This document shows positions 59,401-64,000 of a stretch of 64,000 bases of DNA, piece by piece (the stretch's first letter is position 1; each line of letters starts with the position of its first letter). The position numbers were made by a program, and so were the translations under genes. Origin of the DNA: an uncultured Nitrospiraceae bacterium (GTDB lineage Bacteria; Nitrospirota; Thermodesulfovibrionia; Thermodesulfovibrionales; UBA6898); assembly GCA_963811165.1 (NCBI GenBank), contig CAWEQH010000008.1, positions 352,001-416,000 of the forward strand, given 5' to 3'. Under the pieces are notes generated by a model that saw only the letters and a list, made by a program, of their open reading frames with translations, had not been told where the DNA came from and did not search any database.

Positions 59401-62400
59401 GATAGCCGAAATTTTCTGTCAGGACACTAACCCCGCCGCTAATGATATATCGCTTGCTGCTGGCCGCACCTTCCTGCATCGCTGTCTGTCCCGGTGAATG
59501 TATACCCAGTCAACGGGGTCTGCGGGGAGCCGCTTACGCATTCGATACTCACGATATAATTTCCATCGCTCAGACCGGAAAAGATGTAGTTGCCGTTTGC
59601 ATCAGTAGTAAGGGTGGCAACAACTCGTCGCTACCGTCTATGCGCCGAGTTCCGGAATCGGTATATAACTCACTGTAATTCCGCTGAGGCCGGGCTCGCC
59701 GGCAATCCTGGGCACCGTTGCCGTTCATATCATTAAATACCGTATAGCCGATCGCCCTTTTCAGGCTGTACCCGAAGTTGGGGGCAGAAGAGTAATCAAC
59801 ATTGCCCGCAAGATTGACGATCTGTTTTGAGCCGGTTACCGCAGAGGTGGTCGTGCCGTAGTAGTTGGCGAGCTTTCCGCCTGTGTCGGTGATCCTGACG
59901 GTATAGTCCGCCCCGCCGCCGGTAAGCCCCGAAAATGTGAATAAGCCATTGGCGTCAGTCGTCGTATTTGCAATGGCATTGAGACTCGCATCGAGCAGGT
60001 CCACAGTCACATAGGGTATCCCGGTTTCACCGGCGTTAAAGACGCCGTTGCCGTTGGAATCGGACCAGACGCGGTCGGTGATGGTATAGGTCGATGCGCT
60101 ATGGTAGCCGAAATTGGCAAACAGGACGACCTCGCCTGAACTGAGGTCCTGTATAAGTAAGGGATTGCCGGACGGCGCGGTCCTCGTATACCCTGAAAGC
60201 TTCGTCTGGGTTTCATCGATTCGCAGGAAGTAGTCATTCGTGCCGTTGGCTGTGACACCGGTAAACAGATAGCTTCCGTCCGGCGCGGTAGTAACGGTAC
60301 TTACTTTCGTATCGGTTGCAGGATTGAATATCCGGTCACCGTTGTCCAGCCAAAGCTCTACGCTCACACCGGCCAATCCGGCTTCGCCCGCATCGCGAGT
60401 CCCGTTACTGTTTGCGTCGCTCCAGGCGTAATTGCCGATGGCCGCAAAACCCGCAGCCGATTTATACCCCAGGTTCGCGTTCGTAAGAGACTGACCGGCG
60501 GTAAGATTGAAGGTGTTCGTGCGGTTGTCCGTGTGGCCTGATGGCGCCGATTGCTGCAACCCGGAGGGAATGGTCCTAGGGGTAACCTCCACGTAGTAGC
60601 CGTTACCTGGCTCCATGCCGGTAAAAAGATAATGTCCTGTGGAGTCTGTCGTTGTCGTCATGACCGTGGCACCAAGCCAGTCCTTCAGGGTCACCTCCAC
60701 ATTACCAGTCCCGGTTCGCCTATATCCTGAGCGCCGTTGCTGTTTGAGTCAAGCCAGACCCGTCCCCCCGCTTCCGCGCTCTGTGAAGAAGGGTTCACGA
60801 CCAGATTCGTAACACTGGCGCTGACAGGCAAAGTAATTCGATTGCAGTTACTAAAGCGGTATTGGTTATCTGGTCAATTCCAGCGGCAAGGGGATTGTCT
60901 ACTGTGACATTATAAGTGAGCGTCAATGTGCCGACCTGCCGGCAGCGTATACCCAACGCCCTTGGTAAGCAGCTCCGGCGGAGCGTTCGGCTGGATATCG
61001 ACGTGAAAATTATCTGCGTAGAAGTAATGACCCGTGTTAGTGTACCCAGCCGAAACTACCAGTCTGACTCTGGTGTTGCTGCGAAAAGTATGTCGCAGGG
61101 ACGGAAAAACTTAGTTGCGTGAATGCAGTAAAGCGCCCCGATAAAAGTGGCAATGTTGTTCCAGGTGGTACCGTTCGTTGAGACATCTAAAGTAACGGTG
61201 TCCCCGGTCCCGGCACCTGTTTGACTACCATCGAAGATTATTGAGGCGCTGCCAGCCGATGAAAGATCGACACTGCGCTGTATTCCCCACGGACGAGTCA
61301 TGCCGTTAGCATCCTCGAAAACGCAGTTGCCCGCCTGTTATCCGCACTTGTCCACCGCCAACGTTATTGTCATCATTTATTTCAGTCCAGTTCGAGGCCC
61401 ATGTGCAGCTTGCCGTTATTGTTCGTATAGACACTGATAGTGAAATTGTCCAGAAAACTGCATATCGGTGACGCCTGGAGCACTACCTGCCACATAACTC
61501 ACGTCCAGATGGCAAAGGATCGTAGAGAGAAACACCCGTAACGGAATACCGCTGTGGATTCGTCACCGTAACGTATAGGTAAACTGGTTGCCTGGATACA
61601 GGGGATTCGTTGCATTAGAGGTCTTTGTGACCGTAAGATTGCCAAAAGTATTAAAAGCGAAATCCGAAGCGACAAACGTTTGGCTTGCTCCTGCCACGGT
61701 CCTGGTGCCGCTCGCCTGCACCACGTTGCGGGTGATATCGCCTACGGCGAAAATCTGCGTAGTCTGTGCAGTGAACGTGATGGTGATCGTCTGGTTCGGC
61801 GCCATATTGCCGAGCATACTGCTGGGCCAGGTCAGGATCAAATTGCCGCCGCTAATCGTGGGATTTGCGCGGCGCCGCTTATTGTGGTCATAGTCCGCCA
61901 GGGTGATCGTCGTGCTCTTGTTGACATACTGCCAGCCCGTTGGCAAAGTATCGATCACACTGATCCCATTTACATCAAAGTGATAAGAATTAACCACGAG
62001 GGTATAAGTGGATTGCGAACCCGATGCTGTTGCGACCACGACCGGGTTTGCGGATTTCTGGACTGTGAGCACCTTGTCGATAAAATCGCCGCCGGGGAAT
62101 GAGACATAACCCAGATCAATGGCCGGTGTTCCTGTAGGTGCTGTATCCGGATTTTGACCGTATGCGATCGCAATGGGACCGGTTGCCCAAACATGGCTGT
62201 TAGACATATCCCCGTCAGTCGCATCATACACGTATTGGGTCTGTAAGCGGTTAAGCGTATATGTATGATCGGCAACTCCATCATGATTTCTATCGACAAA
62301 GACCCGGGTATTGTCCTGGACAGGGGTGATAAAGATTCCTGAGTCATCGTAATCTCCCGCGGGGATAGGCGTACTGGTATGCCCCGGGAGCCCATCCGAA

Positions 62401-63627
62401 GAAATGCTCGTTGCCGAGCAGAAATGACGGGACAAGGGGATAGCCCCATTCATGGGTTGGTCCTCCGGTGTCGATGGTCGATACACCCCAGAAGACATCA
62501 GTAGCCTTCAGATAGACGCCGGAACCTGCCGGCACATACCCCCCGGTCATCTCGCTGAAAGAGCGTGTCTGTCCAGCGGGAACGCTGAATGAGCCCGAGG
62601 TCGTGCTGGTCTGGTAGTTGATAGTCAGGGCAGAAGACTGCGGGTTAAAGAGATAAAGCTGGGTGGGGAAGTTCAACCCCGCGTCGCTCGGAACAGGGGC
62701 ATAATATTCCTTGTCCCACATGCCGCTCGGAAAGGCGCTGAAGCCCCGGGCCTCAAATGTCGCGGTCTGGTCCCCTACTATGTAGTTTACCTGGAGCGTA
62801 TCTGAGCCCTGTATGACTGCTCCGGTAGGAAGGGATACCGTGCCTGTAGTCGGAAACGGCGCGAAACGATCCAGCAGGAAACTCTCTCCGGCGTTCAGCG
62901 TAACCTGAGTTGCGGTCTGGGTGCAGGGGTTATTGTGACTTATGCAGACAGTATCGCCGAATACCCCGTCCTTATTGAAATCAAAGGTGACAACGGTGTT
63001 ATCTTTTGTTGCCTGAATCAGTGCGAACACCCTTCTGAAATCGAGATAGTTCCGGGGAGCACCATAAAGATCGTCGCCGAAGGGCATGATATACCTGACC
63101 ATCTGCGGCTTGACCGGATAGACCTCCCAGGCCAGAGAAAAAACAGTTCCGTCGGTCTCATCCCAGCTCGAGCGCGTGACAGTTACCACTCCGCCGGCCA
63201 CATAGATGCGGTCGCGGCCGTCATAAAAAGTGGCGGTCCCCCTCGGGTTTACCGGAATGTTGGAGCTTTCAAATATCTTGCTGTCTCCGGCGTTGGCCAG
63301 GACATACTTCTCATCGGCAGTTGCGTCGGGGTTGTTCGGGTCGAAATTATATCCGTTCTCCCAATGGTCGTAGTAGATCGTAGTATCTGGGGACCAGGCA
63401 ACAACGCTGATGATTGTATGCCTGGGAGCGTTTAGGGCAACGGGACCGGCAGCACCGATGTCGGCCCATACCTGTCCCATGATGTTTTCATCACCGGGGA
63501 TGTAGTACTCGGAATAACCTGCAGGGGCAGAGCCGTAGCTGTAAGTCGCGCATGTTAACAGGATTATGAGACTTAATAATAATCCAGGAAGACTAATTAT
63601 CGGGTCCTTTGATCTCTTTGAAAGCAT
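56498..63627 (-). CDS. Giant secreted protein (about 2,350 aa if intact): N-terminal domain, DUF11-like, SdrD-B/Cna-B-like repeats, C25 (gingipain-family) peptidase; broken by many apparent frameshifts
   Basis: GGAGG RBS and signal peptide at 63627. Abutting ORF pieces 62344-63645, 61563-62498, 61056-61301, 59570-60700, 58265-59479, 57423-58238, 56498-57418. Repeats of WxDxNxNGxxDxGExG; ADYIVI, YVVLAG, IGRLP, YIGH, MTC, LGDPAL. Confidence 0.8.
56506..56774. repeat. Direct repeat, copy A (identical to 63732-64000)
   Basis: 269 bp with no mismatch seen on manual comparison; offset 7226 bp. Confidence 0.95.
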
Positions 63628-63729
63628 ACCTATTCCTCCCGTCAATCGAGCACTGCCGATGCGCGATAATGCCTCGTGTTTACATTTATACTGGGTTATT
63701 CATATTTCATTTCTTTTTTTTAATGGTCT

Positions 63730-64000
63730 TTATCTTATCTTAAGCGCCGGATCGCCCAGGATGCCGTATATGTCGGTCATAAAGGGCAGGGAGCCGGTCA
63801 GCTTGTATTTTGCGAGTGCCTGTTTCACCGCGTCGCCGAGGGTCTTTTTCTTGTCTGTGAAAACGGCCTTATAGAACTCCCTGTTCAGTATTTTAGCCTC
63901 TGAGTCGTCTGAGAGTCCAGTGGAAGACCATACTGCAGCCGCACCGCCGTTGTCTTTCAAGACAAGCAGACTGCCTAACGTGGAATACCCGGGGATTGCA
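63730..64000 (-). CDS. 3' end of a second C25-family protein (continues beyond window); direct repeat copy B
   Basis: ..GGAAAVWSSTGLS..TLGDAVKQAL..ILGDPALKIR*, DNA identical to 56506-56774. Confidence 0.9.
   Translation of the reverse strand, partial: AIPGYSTLGSLLVLKDNGGAAAVWSSTGLSDDSEAKILNREFYKAVFTDKKKTLGDAVKQALAKYKLTGSLPFMTDIYGILGDPALKIR

Noticed and set aside
56506..64000. Duplicated 3' gene end as a DGR template/variable repeat pair
   Set aside because: The copies are identical with no adenine-specific mismatches, and no reverse transcriptase lies in the window.

Overview
Bacterial chromosomal window of moderate GC. Gene content and style suggest Nitrospirota/Thermodesulfovibrionia or a Desulfobacterota-like organism; this is an impression, not a tested assignment. 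(1) 1-12.5 kb is mostly housekeeping: lipoate-ligase fragment, UvrD/PcrA helicase, a 12-heme cytochrome c, yajC-secD-secF-recJ-relA/spoT and dsbC. (2) 13-41.4 kb is a cell-envelope locus. A split type II secretion system (gspD alone; gspE-F-H-I-J-K-L-M-C on the opposite strand; no gspG) encloses a probable S-layer-type protein, a lipoprotein, a Cys-rich secreted protein, Wzm/Wzt, a sulfotransferase, a PIG-L deacetylase and a GT4. A TMTC-like GT-C/TPR protein and further glycosyltransferases flank it. (3) 41.5-45.2 kb: dCMP deaminase, DUF1998 helicase, thioredoxin-like protein, tRNA-fMet. (4) 45.3-53.4 kb is an eroded flagellar/chemotaxis regulatory remnant: sigma54 activator, two atypical kinases, fliA, cheB, cheR, a cheD stub, flgM and flgN. 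(5) 53.4-64 kb is a minus-strand operon with a RiPP-like cassette (PqqD/RRE, radical SAM-SPASM, 60-aa Cys-containing precursor, HprK-like kinase, S24/S26 peptidase). It lies directly downstream of a giant secreted C25 (gingipain-family) protein whose 3' end is duplicated exactly at the window edge. Frameshifts cluster in the surface-protein genes and may be sequencing or assembly errors. No CRISPR array, rRNA or intact mobile element was seen.
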